A stretch of 64,000 bases of DNA. Origin: Camelus ferus (Eukaryota). How positions within the stretch are numbered: the stretch's first letter is position 1; the number at the start of each line of letters is the position of its first letter. The translations under genes were made by a program, and so were the position numbers. Shown here one piece after another: positions 52,525 through 64,000 of the stretch. The DNA lies in contig NC_045697.1 in assembly GCF_009834535.1 (NCBI RefSeq), positions 19,532,001-19,596,000 of the forward strand. Direction: 5' to 3'. The notes beneath the pieces are model-generated. The model had not been told where the DNA came from and did no database searches. It saw only the letters and a program-made list of their open reading frames with translations.

Positions 52525-53003
52525 TGTGAACGAAAAATACTGCAAACCATATTAGTAAACAAAGAATGCTGAAGCCATCAAGTCATCAGCAGCTGCGGCC
52601 ACCCCCCAGGGAAGACAAGCCTGCAGCCCATTCTCTGCAGCCATTCACAATGGTGCACCCTGAGGGGACTCAGAATAAGAAAGGACAGGATACTGGCCCT
52701 AGATAGCAAGGTGCTTGTCAAAGGAATGAATTCAATGAGCCCAAATGTTTGCTCCCTCCCATCCATAGAAAAGCGCTAAATTCTTTAACTTGAGATAACG
52801 GGTCTTTTTTAGTTAACAACTAAGCTTTTAATGTTCCAACTATCTGGTCTTTGTTGTAAAACTCCTATATATCCTAGTTCCTACCCTACATCTTCGGAGC
52901 CGTCCCTCAGAGCGATCTGAGAGGCTGCCGTCCAGGCTCGAGTCCTCCAACCAAATAAAACGTAACTCTCAACTTTTAGGCTGTGCATTTATTTCAGGCA
53001 ACA
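52525..53003 (+). mobile_element. Relatively young ERV1-type solo LTR
   Basis: TG...CA ends; 4-bp TSD tacc/tatc; TATA-like 'cctatatat' ~52864; AATAAA ~52954; retained CpGs. Confidence 0.8.
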
Positions 53004-53887
53004 TATCTATAACCCCATCAGTTTTGTATTCACTCATTAACTCACATTTTTTCTGTACCAATTTATTAACAATTTTAGCTGAATTCTTATTGGTGTCTCC
53101 GGTGAGCAAGTGTCTGGTCTTTCCTAGCTGGAGTCTGTCTATTCTGAGATTCTGGACTAGCTGATTGTCCTGTGACCTCAGCTCTCAAGTGGGTTTGAGA
53201 AAAGTTGTGAATTCAGATATCCAGTCTCCTTTATTTATTTTTCGTAAGAGTGTGAGGGATGTGCTTTCCAGCTTTTTATATTTCAAGCAGAAATTGTTTT
53301 GGCTTTGTAACCACTTCTGACAGTCACAAGAGGGTCACTGCTTGAGTTTATTGCTGTGACACAGCGTACGGGGCACAGGGCCCTGAGCTGGTACTTGGGT
53401 CTTGGTCCCAAGACTGAGAGTAATTTACAGAATGTACTCAGGCAAATCATGCATTCTCCTTGGATATCAGCTTACCTGATTTAGGTTAGATATCTCTAAA
53501 GTCTTTTTTTAGACTCACAAGGGTAATGAAAAAAATTTTTTGACAAGAATGTAAGTCAGCGCAGAAATAATCATTAGCAGACCGTCTAGTGAGTATCTAG
53601 TTCCTTATTTAGGATTCTTCTAAAAAATACCCGCCTCCTTTTTTTTTTTTTTCCAGAAGTTCTTTCCTAGTCTATCATAATATTTGAGATTTCTAGTATT
53701 AAATTTTAATTTACCTGCTTTACTAGTTTAGAGTAGTTTTGATTGTGGGCAAGAGTAAAATATAAAATAACAGGAGGAGGAAGTTCGTTTTAATGCTAAT
53801 AATGATTAGAAAACAGTATCCATCCTGCTTCACACCTTTGTTACATACTAGGTATCTTTTAAAGCATGCTCTATGTATTAGCTCATT

Positions 53888-53990
53888 AAAAAAATTTTTT
53901 TACTGGAAAAATTTTTTTCTATACTGGAGATAGAACCCAGGACCTTGTGCATGCTAAGGATGTGCTCTACCACTGAGCTTTTATGCCCTC
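53888..53990 (-). mobile_element. tRNA-derived SINE, camelid Vic-1-like, inserted in a MIR
   Basis: Minus strand 'agctcagtggtagagcacatccttagcatgcacaaggtcctgggttctatctccagta'; 14-bp TSD tgtattagctcatt at 53874-53887 and 53991-54004. Confidence 0.88.
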
Positions 53991-54279
53991 TGTATTAGCT
54001 CATTTAATTCTCAAAATAAATCTTCTACAATAGACACTACAGTTATTAATCATATTGTATAGCAGAGAAGACAGATTTTTCAAAATGATGTGACTGAAGT
54101 TATGTATTCTCTGACATTGGGATACTATTCATTGTGGCTTTTAAAATTACACAAATAGATACAATTTTCTAAACAATGCATAGAAAAAGGGAAGTGAAGG
54201 AATAGAGTTCAAATAAAACTCTTTCAAGACACTAGCCCAATCAGATAGAAAGAAAGACTTTATGTCACTTATCTATTCA

Positions 54280-56495
54280 TGTGTAGTCAACCATCCCAAA
54301 GCAAAGCGGGTTAAAACAGCAATTTTAATTTGCTCACTGCTCTATGGACTTGCTCTGTGAACTGGGCTCAGATGAGATGGCATCTCTTTGCTTCATGTCG
54401 TTCTGGTTTGGGCTCTTCACGATTCTGGGACATCAACTAGGATGTCTGAGATAATTTTGGTAGCTGGACCTCTCTTCACACAAAATCTCTCCTTTTCAAG
54501 AGAGTCAGGTTTGTTCATGAATGGCATCATTGCAAGAGGTGTATGCTCTATGCCATGCTTCTTGAGGTCTGTGCTAAAAACTTGTTTAATTTCATTTCTG
54601 CGGTGTTCCAGTAGTCAAAGCAGGACACAAGTTCAGCCAGTCGTCAAGGGTCAGAAAGGCAGACTTCTGTGTTAATGGGAGGAGAGGCAGAGTCACACTG
54701 CTAAGAGTCACACATGCATGCAGAAATAAGAGCATTTGGGGGGTCAGTTATTAATCTACCACCATGTGCCCCAGGTCCACGAATTACACATATTCATCAC
54801 ATATGCTAAATATACTCATGCCCATCTTAGGATCCCAAAATTCTTATCTCATTTTGCCATGAAGTCCAAAGTTCACAGTTCGTGATTACATAGTCTGTAT
54901 TTGGTCCGAATGAAAATGAGACTCTTTGTGTGTGTCTCCTTGTGTGTAGACCTGTAAACAGAAATGAAGTTATCTGCTCCACACACATTCAGCAAACGAT
55001 ACAGACACACAATGATCGTAGTAATCATTCTCATCCACAAAAGGAAGAACGGGAGGAGAGAACAGACTGGACCATAGAAATTCTGAAACCTGGCAGGACA
55101 CAAATTACCAGATTCTCAAGCCTGAGCACACCAGGCATTTCTTAATTAAGGCCTTTTCTGTTCCCTTGGAGTAGTCCCCTAGTCTAGTAATTCTTTGAGG
55201 CTCTTAGCTCTTCCCATTTGGTTCTTGGATCTGCTGCCTGAGATGCCCTTTCTTTCATGTAAGAAATAGCTCATGTTTGCTGTTGAGTAGCTTTTTTTTT
55301 AGCAGCTTTGTCACCATAGAAAGCTGAAAACCCAAAGGACCCTTTTCTTTCTCAGCTATTTCAGTCTCTTTCAATCCATGTTGTTACAACTCCTTTAAAT
55401 ATTTTGTGAGTTTCCTGTGTATCATATTATAAAATCAATTTCATTTGATAAAAATCACAAAAAAATTTTATTTGATACAGTTCTTCCTTTACTCTGACAT
55501 CCTGAAGATGCTTAAGAAGCACTTTTGTCTAGATCAGATCTACTATATACAATCTCCCATCTTTCTGAGGTATTAACAAATTGTCTTCCTGTCACATCCT
55601 CACTCTGATCTTTAGAAAGAGGTTCTATCTTACTTCTAGAACCTGTTTTGAGACTGGAATTAAGGCAGTTTTATTTTCCAACACAGAACACCCTGGACCT
55701 TCTATATTTTCTCAAAATTCATCTTGTGCATTAGAATAGCTCCTTCTTTATTTATTTCTCTCTTCTTGTCACTTGCAGCTAAGAGTGGCCAATTAATACT
55801 TTTAACATTCTGCTTGCTAATATCCTTAGCCAAATGTATAACTTCTTTAGGTATATCTTCTTTCTTCCAAGTTACTACAGCTGACATTTTAGCAATTGTT
55901 TGTCTGTCCCGTGAGAGGTCATTTTTCTTACCTGTTATAGAAGTGTTTTCACTACTTTTTATCTCTTCAATAACTTTGTTAGTAGTGTCTTTGCTGCTTT
56001 TCCAGCCTTCACCTACCAATGGGTTCTAAAGCCAATGCCACCTGTATTAAGAGTTTTGTTACAGCAGCATCCTACTTCTAGGTGTAAATTGCTGTATCAG
56101 TTAAATTTTGCTACATAGCAAATCACCACAAAACTTGGTGGCTTGAAACAACAATCATTTATTTGCTCACAAATCTGTCAGTCAGCAATTCAGCCTGGAT
56201 AAAATTGGGATAGCTCATCTCTGCTCCACAAAGTGCAGCTGGGCCCACTCTTATGTCTGGGCCCTCAGCTGGGATGGCTGTGATGTCTGCAATATCAGAA
56301 ATAACTGGAGCATGGCTTGGGCTTTTTTCATGCTGGCAGAATCCTGTTAGTCATAGCAATTTGCAAGGACATCCTGATCCAAGGAATGCATGGATACAGT
56401 CCATCTATTGGTAGGAGGAATGTCAAACTTTCATGACAAAGTGGTGTTCGTATGGGAATGAAAAAGTTTTGTAGACAAATTCTACAATTTCCCAG
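54280..56495 (-). mobile_element. MaLR provirus (MLT1-type): LTR ~54280-54765, internal ~54766-56092, LTR ~56093-56495
   Basis: Antisense internal start 'ttttgttacagcagcatcctacttctagg'; ORF 55702-56019(-) HLAKDISKQNVKSINWPLLAA is MaLR-ORF-like; both LTRs carry 'aaaacagcaa/aaacaacaa...tttgctcac'. Confidence 0.8.
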
Positions 56496-57158
56496 AAATT
56501 TATAACTGGAAGGGAGAAGACTTTGAAGGAAGAGGCTTTTTTTTTTTCTTATTTTGTTTTTTATTTTAAGGGAGAACTTTGTTTTTTAAATAATGGAAGA
56601 AATGTGAGTATTCTTAAAGACTCAGCCAGGGGCCAAGAGTTCAGCAGAGTTCGAAGTTTTAAGCAGTAGAGTAGATAACTGTTGGAGCAAAGTCCAGAAG
56701 TAGTTGTGGAAAATGGGATCAAAGGCATAGGATTGATTCAGGGAAGAGACTGCTTATATGAGTCAGAAGGGAAGAAACAAAGATACATGTGCATGCAACC
56801 AAATTTGGATGGGGAATGGATAGTTGAAGTAATTCTCTTCAGAATGTGATTAGCTTTCTCGTTGAGGTAAAGGGCAATATAATTTGCAGATGGTTATGGA
56901 AATAGGGGTTTGAAGATGATAAATAGTTGGAATACACCCTGAGGCAGTGGGAGTGTTCACTGACAAAGGGGAGAATGAAAGGGTTCTTGATTCATGTTGG
57001 GGGCCCAGGTGAGGGGGAAGACAAAGAATTTGCAGTGCCACAGTGATAAAGAGGAGTCACACAGGAAACAGCATGGTTAAGTTTCCATTTTTGAATGATG
57101 ATAGTGGCAACATTGTGGGATTAAGCCACAGGAAGACCAGATCAGCGGTAGAATCTCC

Positions 57159-57514
57159 TGTATTTGTCTGAGCAGTTAAAACAAATGACCATAGACTCAT
57201 TGGCTTATAAACAACAGGAATTTATTTCTCACAGTTCCAGAGGCTGAAAGTCAAAGATCAGGATGCCAGCACAGTCAGGTTCTGGGGAGAACCCTCTTCC
57301 AGTTTGCAGACTGCCAGCTTCTTGCATCCTCCCATGTGCGAAGAGGATGCGAGAGCTCTCTGGGACCCCTTTTATAAAGGCACTCATTCCTTTATACAGG
57401 TTCTTCCCTTGTGATGTAATCACACCCAAAGGGCCCACCTCCTAATACCAGCAGCTGGGGGGTTAGGATTTCAACATGTGGATTTTGGGGGGCCACAAAC
57501 ATCCAGTCCGTTGC
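57159..57514 (-). mobile_element. MLT1A-like solo LTR
   Basis: 'ataaacaacaggaatttatttctcacagttccagaggctg...cacctcctaatacca...ggttaggatttcaacatg'. Confidence 0.88.
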
Positions 57515-57524
57515 CTCCTGTTAG

Positions 57525-58110
57525 GGGGCTGTTCCAGTCACTGTTCCTGCATAACCAATTTCCCTCACACACAGTAACTTAAAACAACCATAGTGAAAAT
57601 ATTCATGGATTCTGTGGGTCAGTAATACAGAAAAGGTACCAAAGGGCCAGCTTATGTATGTTTCATGGTGTCCTAGGTCTCGGGATTTGAAAGCTGCAGG
57701 TGTGCAGGTGAATTGATGGCAGAGGCTGAGATCACTGGAAAGTTTGTTGACTCACATACTACACCCTGGACTGGGAGGGACAGAAGACCAGAACTGCCAA
57801 CTCCAGCACCTATTTGTGGCCATTTCAAATGGCTCTTCTTCCCTGCAGTATGGCTGCCTGAGAGTAATTTGATTTCCAGCATGGTGACTCAGGGCTCCAA
57901 GTACCGTGTGAGTGTTTAGTGAACAGGTGGAAGTTGAATCTCACTTTATGACCCAGTTTTGGAAGGCACACAGAGTTACTTCCACAGCATTCTGCTGTGT
58001 CACGCAACCACACAGATTCAAGGGAAGGGGAAACAGTTTGCCCCTCTTGCTGAGTAAACAGAAAGGTCCCAAAACAAGCGCCTGGGATGGTGCTTCTGCA
58101 GCCATCTTTG
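57525..58110 (-). mobile_element. MLT1F/G-like solo LTR
   Basis: 'cttaaaacaac...tcatggattctgtgggtcag...tccagcatggtgactcaggg...gcagccatctttggaaaata'. Confidence 0.78.
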
Positions 58111-59699
58111 GAAAATAGTCTGTCATAGAAGCTTTATGGTCATCTGAATAAAAACAGGTGAATCTTGGAACTAAGGAACTGAGGTAATGATAGCAGAGAT
58201 GGAGAGACAGGCTTAGATTTGTAAAATGTGCCATTTATGTAATCAACAGAACTGACTCCATCTCCTAAATCTTCTTCGTCACTGACAGGGTTGCAGGACA
58301 CAGAGGTAAGGTCGAAAATGCTTACTCACTACAACTATGTCTCAATATTTTCACTTCTCTATTTAACCAAGTTTTACAGTATTTTTTCCCACTTAAGTAT
58401 AGAGAATGGTAGAGGCTTATAAAGAAAGAGAAGTTATGGTCCCTTTACCAGAGATACACAGAAGCTATCGAGAGATATATGGTTCAAGTACTTGGGAGAG
58501 AAAATGTTACATATGAACTCCTTTTAAAAATGGAGTGTAATTACAACTTTCTAGAGTGATCTATGTAAATCAATTCTAAAGGAAAACAAAATTTGAATAT
58601 TTGAAGAGATAACTGACACACTAGATTGCAGAAATGCAAAATATTTGGGTGAGATGTCCAGCTACTTGGTATAAAGCAAAACTCAGGCTTTTCCTCAAGT
58701 ATTTATCTTCTTTCATTTTGAGGTTGTAAATGAAAATATTTTTATATTCTTCATACTGCCAGATGGCCTGGCATGCATACCTTCGGCTATTTTTTTAACT
58801 GATTAAATACATTTATTTCACAATCTATTTTCTGTTTCCACGGATCTCCTTGAGGCAGGGTAACATGTGGGGTGAGCCTCACTTCGGGGGGACAGGATTC
58901 CTTAACTTCCCTTGGACATTTTTAACCACTTGGGTGTATTTGTTCATTTTCTATCTCAGTTTTCTCATATGAGATGGAAGAATGAGTTTTGCCATATGAA
59001 ATGGCAGAATGAGCCAAAGGCCATCATAACTTGCAAGAACTTCATAAAGATACCTGGGTGCAATAATACAAAATGTCCGTACACTCATTCAAAAGACTTC
59101 CTACCTCAGGTGGAGCCAAAGGATTTGTCCTCGAGGTGGGAATTCAGAACCAGAGCTGAGATTTGGGAAATAAAAGTGCATGTTATAAAAGCCAGGAGGG
59201 AGCCTTTCTTCATAAATATTTACACAGAGATCTCAGGTGGCTGCAAATCTCTAAATGTCAAACGCGAACGGCTGTGTAGGATTTCATTCCTCACACTCAA
59301 AATAATCAGCTCTTTGCACTAATAGCAGTTCAAAGGGAATTTTGAAAATGAAAGAATAAAGTAGCAACTTAAAAATTAGGAACTAGGGTAGCTGTTTAGT
59401 GTTCTGATATTTATGAAAAGAACTGCTCTGTTTGCTTAGCTTGGAAAGCTCAATTTTCTAGGAGTTTTCAATTTTGGTCTTGTTTTCTGAAAAGAGATTT
59501 TCTTTTCAAAATAAGGACATTTTAATAAAGATTATTTTGTGCTTAAAAATATGCTGGTGCAAGTGGGCTGCCAACTTGGAGCTTAAAGACTACCCCTGAG
59601 GGTAAAATTCTTTACGTGACTTTTTCCTCCTTCATCTTGAGACCCGGTGGCCCAGGTTTAACATGGAGATAGTCATCTTTTTGTTTTTGATAATGAAAA

Positions 59700-59870
59700 A
59701 ATAATAAATATTGTTGTTCTGTGAATAGTTGAAGGAGCAGTTGAAATGAAAGTGCAGGGATTTACTTACTAGTTGTCTGACTTTGGGAAGTTTATTTAAG
59801 TTTATCTTCAGTATCCTTATAAAACAGTGATAATAATACTTTACAAGTTTCTTGTTAGTATTAATTGACA
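59700..59870 (+). mobile_element. MIR
   Basis: 'cttactagttgtctgactttgggaagtttattta...ttataaaacagtgataataatac'. Confidence 0.7.
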
Positions 59871-60439
59871 TAGTTTTAGTCAACTATCATTTTTGAATAC
59901 TTTATACTCAAGGGATGGGCAGATCGACAGAATGTAGCCCCTGTGTTCCAGGAACATTCTGTTTCAGGGCAAAGTGGTTGATTGTTTTCCAACATCGAAC
60001 AGCTGATAGTTGTAATGTCATACCCACAGGATCTTTGCCATCTACCCTTTAACATGAACAAACGCATTATCCTATGGTTTGTCACCACAGGTTTTCCTGT
60101 TGCCTTCAGAGAAACAGAAAACATTAATCTTTCCTTAATACAGAGTTTTAGCTACCAGATAAACTTGATATCACTTGATAGTTGATTATATATATACATA
60201 CAAAGTTTCTAGAGTACTTTATTGTTATTTCTGTTCACATATTAATATAATCAATCTTCCAAGTTCAACAAAAAATACGTCTCTTTTATGATTCCTTCTC
60301 CTTACCTTCTGGAATTTGTCACTTCCTTATTCCTGCAAATGTGAAATATGGTACTTACTGCATAGTGTTTTATTTATTTGTCTCTCTATCTGACTTCTCA
60401 GATAGTTTTTGTTTGTTTGTTTTTGAATCTCAGGATCCA

Positions 60440-61810
60440 AGACAAAGTGTTTCAAAGAGAAGGTAGTGAATTAAAGAGTCAAATACTGCTGAGAAGTAGG
60501 AGAGTAAGAAAGGAGAACATACCTTGTTATGGCAAAATTGGGGCATCTAGTGATGTTGACAAGAGGAGCTATGTGTGTGAGACTTCAGTGGAGTGTAAGA
60601 AACAGAGATTGAACTAAAGGAATTAAAGAGAGAATTGGAGATAAAGAATCAGGAAAGAAGTACAGACATGTAGCCTAGGAGTTTTCTTATTAAAGTTTTG
60701 AGGATAATTCCACAGGTGCTACAAAGAGGCTGGAGCCTGAGGATTTGTCGTTGTTGCTAGGTGGGAGATGGCTACAATGTTGTGCCAGTCAGAGTGATTC
60801 AGTAGAGATGCAAGCATGAAGTTTGGCGATGGAGAAGCCGGGAGATTCCACTCATTGACAAAGGAGAATGAGCAGAGAATATAAATACAGGTACAGATGG
60901 TGGGTAGGTCCAGTGAAAGGATGATTGAGTAGTCTCGTCTCATTCTTCCGTTTTATTAGAAAATAAGATACACCGTCCATATCTGTGATGGTTACCTGTA
61001 CGTGTCATGCTGAGTGACCACAGGGTGTCCAGGTTAAAACCATTTCTGGGTGTGGCTGTAAGGGTGTCTCTGGATGAGATTAGCAGTTGAATCAGTAGAT
61101 TTGTCTTCCCCAATGTGGGCGGGCATCATCCAATCCACTGAATGGGCTGAAGGGAATAAAAGGAAGAGGAAGGAGGAATTTGCCCTTTTCTGTTTCTTGC
61201 CTGCTTGATTTGGGACATCTCATCTCATACTCCCCGGCCCCCCTGACTGGGACTGAAACCATGGGCTCCTCTGATTCTCAGACCTTCTAAATTGGATTGA
61301 ATTACACCACGAGTTTGCTTAGGTCTTCACCTTGCCAGTGGCAGAAATTATGGAGGAATATTAGTCTCCATAATTCTGTGAGCCAGTTTGTCACAATAAA
61401 TAAATAAGTAAATAAATGAATATTATTTAGAAATCTATCTTATCTATCTATCTATCTATCATCTAAATACATGTCTCCTACTGGTTCTGTTTCTCTGGAA
61501 AACCTTGACTAATAGAGTATCTGAGAGTCAGTAAGAAGAAGGCACATTGGAAAACAGAGAAGAAAGTATAAGAAACACAACTGTCTTTTGAAGAGGGTGA
61601 TGGTGAACTGACTATGGGATGTTTTAGGACTTCCAGAAAAGGCTAGAAACTTTTTTATTGTTTGTGATCTTTGATTAAACATTGTGTGCTTTTTCTTCTG
61701 TCACCTTATGCCCTGCAAACTCAGGCTTATAGTGGGCTCATGATTGAGTTTAACCAGGGGTTGGGATTTCCTCTTAAGTAAATGGTGGAAGAAGACAAGG
61801 AATTGAATGT
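60440..61810 (-). mobile_element. L2 fragment, antisense, split by an MLT2 LTR
   Basis: 'gagtcaaatactgctgagaagtaggag...gtgatgttgacaagag...ttcagtggagtg'. Confidence 0.6.
60984..61516 (+). mobile_element. MLT2 solo LTR
   Basis: 'tgtgatggtta...ccccaatgtgggcgggcatcatccaatcc...ttctgtttctctggaaaaccttgactaata'; 5-bp TSD atatc (60979-60983) / gtatc (61517-61521). Confidence 0.9.
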
Positions 61811-62495
61811 ACACGAGAAGAAATGGAATATTCTTTCTTCTATCCTTGATGGTCTTATCCAGTTTTAAGGCCTCAAATATCATCTGTACATTAATACTTT
61901 CAAAATACTATCATCCCAACTTTGTCCCTAAATCCCATATGCACATTCCCAACTATGCACTTGGATTTCTAATATGTGTCTATATCTTCTTTGCAAAACT
62001 TACTTCTCCTCAAATTCTTCCTCATCTCAATAAACAACAGCTCTCTTCTTACACAATATATAATCTTGGCACCATGTTTAAGTGGTATCTTGCTCTCATA
62101 CATCCCATCCTTTCCATTTGCAAATGTTGTTAACTCTTCCCTCAGAATAGATCAGAGCCTGGCCACAGCTCATTTCATCTTCACTGCTACCACCTGGCCC
62201 AGGCCACCATCTTGTCTTGTCTTCGTTTGTTCTTTCTGCTTCTAACCTTACACACTACACTTTAACACCAAGTCCATAGACGAGTGGCCCTTCATTTGTT
62301 TGTACTTCCTCTGATTGTGTGAGAGCAACACAAATCAGTTCATATCATTACTCAGCTCAAAGCATGCTAACGGTCTCTCGTCTCACTCAGAAAAATAGCT
62401 AAGTCTTTAAAATAGACCTATAGGTCTATTGAATTATAAGTAAAACCCCTATAGGGCTCATCTTTCTAGCCTTTTCCACTCTGACCTCATCTTCT

Positions 62496-62894
62496 TTTTT
62501 TTTTTTTTACTCTGAGTTTGCCTTTTTTATTTTTTATTTTTTTTCCAATTTGGTCCAGCTATGTTTCTTTCTTTCTTTTCACATTTTTTATTGATTTATA
62601 ATCATTTTACAATGTTGTGTCAAATTCCAGGGTAGAGCACAATTTTTCAGTTATACATGAACATATATATATATTCATTGTCACATTTTTTTCTCTGTGA
62701 GCTACCATAAGATCTTGTGTGTATTTCCCTGTGCTATACAGTATAATCTTGTTTATCTATTCTACAATTTTGAAACCCCATTCTATCCCTTCCCACCCCC
62801 AACCCACTTGGCAACCACAAGTTTGTATTCTATGTCTATGGGTCTATTTCTGTTTTTTATTTATGCTTTTTTGTTTGTTTGTTTGTTTTTTAAT
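62496..62894 (-). mobile_element. Young camelid-type L1 3' end with composite poly(A) tail
   Basis: Poly(T); 'ttttttattgatttataatcattttacaatgttgtg...ttccctgtgctatacagtataatc...ggcaaccacaagtttgtattctatgtct'; 16-bp TSD tctgacctcatcttct. Confidence 0.9.
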
Positions 62895-62936
62895 GTCTAC
62901 GGCCATACCACCCTGAACGTGCCCGATCTCGTCTGA
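62895..62936 (+). pseudogene. 5S rRNA pseudogene fragment (nt 1-42)
   Basis: gtctacggccataccaccctgaacgtgcccgatctcgtctga matches the mammalian 5S rRNA 5' end with one CpG-type change; the internal control region is absent. Confidence 0.95.
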
Positions 62937-64000
62937 CCTCATCTTCTCCCACTCTCGTTCTGGCTCACTCTACTCCAGTCACACTGGCCTGGTTGCTGAC
63001 CCTGGAATATAGCAGTTAGGTTTTTTCTTTTTTCCTTCAGTGACATTCCTTCATGAAATTTTGTTTTCTTAGATACTATGTGCATGGCTGGCTCCCTGGC
63101 CAGGCCTACCCTAACTCCACTACTTTGTGCAACACCCTCTGCTCTTACCCTCCTTCACTTCTTAGTCTCTTTCTCTGACTTATTTTACTCCATTTAACTT
63201 GTGTGTGTGCACACACCTTGCATTTTGGCCGAACGGTCTTGCATTTAAGTCAATAATTGACTAAAGCTGAGTGTCACTATTATAGAATAATAACTCTGAA
63301 TTATAAGTAAATATTATCTATTTTTACATTTTTTGACTTTAATAATAAAAATATAGATGTCAATCTTACAAAACTTGGCCTTCCAGAACTGGAAAAACAC
63401 CCTTTCAGCATTGTCAGGTGCTAGATTGTTCAGGAGATACCGTATGGCATCTTTGTGGTACTGAATTGCTTTCAAAAACTAAGACTTTTTTTCTAGCTCT
63501 GTTCACAAAAAGTAACTACATTGGTGATATTCCCAATAAATTTTTCAGTTTTTATTCCTCAACATGAGAACATAACTAGGTAAAGTATTTCATTTTTGGC
63601 CCCTAGATCAGAAAATTTTGTCAATGTTGATGATGTAGTTTCACTGAAACAATTCCATAAATTACACCTTTTATACTGCTACATAAAAGATACTGAATAT
63701 TTTCAGAAGCAAATTTGAGATTGTTGCCTCATTTATTATATTTTATTTCTGACATTTTTTGCTCTATACAATACCTTAAGAAAAATGCTACTTTATTTAT
63801 AAATCACAAGAAAACATCGGTCTGGAAATATGGAAATGGAGTAAAATCATGGTTTAAAGACAACTAAATTCTCCCTCGGCTTCTATTGGTGTCTCAGCTT
63901 GAATTGTATTGACGCTAATTTTAGTACCTGCTCTGGTGTAGAATGTTATAGAAATTATCAGGTGAGAAATATCTATACTGTCAAGGTTTATCAATTTTAT

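Larger units (their letters stand above)
45150..53300 (-). mobile_element. Old L1M 5' region (5' UTR, ORF1, inter-ORF) hosting nested insertions; pieces at ~45150-46417, ~51776-52524 and ~53004-53300
   Basis: Antisense ORF1-region motifs 'catttttgaaagaaattttcact', 'ttatttcttcaaatatttattctgcc'; 5' UTR-like 'tgtcctgtgacctcagctctc...gaaaagttgtgaatt'. Confidence 0.75.
61830..63200 (+). mobile_element. L2 RT-to-3' fragment, sense, interrupted at 62480-62947
   Basis: 'gatggtcttatccagttttaaggcctcaaatatcatctgtac' (decayed YADD region); 'tcactctactccagtcacactggcct'. Confidence 0.7.

Noticed and set aside
58912..59322. Longest ORF in the track (136 aa)
   Set aside because: Non-ATG start, no recognisable domain and no convincing exon structure; compatible with chance.
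62895..62936. Functional 5S rRNA gene
   Set aside because: Only nt 1-42 are present, without the internal promoter or terminator, and inside a retrotransposition TSD.
1..64000. Prokaryotic-type systems (CRISPR arrays, operons, defence islands)
   Set aside because: The sequence is clearly mammalian repeat-rich DNA, with no repeat-spacer arrays or dense coding regions.

Overview
AT-rich, CpG-poor mammalian genomic DNA, intronic or intergenic and dominated by transposable-element fossils. Two tRNA-derived SINEs resembling camelid Vic-1 and cetartiodactyl-type young L1 3' ends point to a camelid (camel/alpaca/llama). I recognise no host protein-coding exon; the interpretable ORFs are L1 ORF1/ORF2, ERVL pol or MaLR remnants. 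Content: old and young L1 fragments, L2, MIRs, hAT and Tigger DNA-transposon relics, two MaLR (MLT1) proviruses, a gag-deleted MLT2/ERVL provirus with TSD, several solo LTRs (one MER41-like), microsatellites and a 5S rRNA fragment. The most interesting signals are TSD-delimited retrotransposition products: (1) an L1 insertion carrying an inverted 5S rRNA 5' fragment, apparently primed by target-site microhomology (62480-62947); (2) a ~560 bp orphan retro-insert ending in an L2 tail inside the ERVL; (3) an L1 3' transduction of an older L1 piece; (4) two classical twin-primed L1 inversions. Family and subfamily names come from recalled consensus similarity, not a database search, and boundaries of old elements are approximate.
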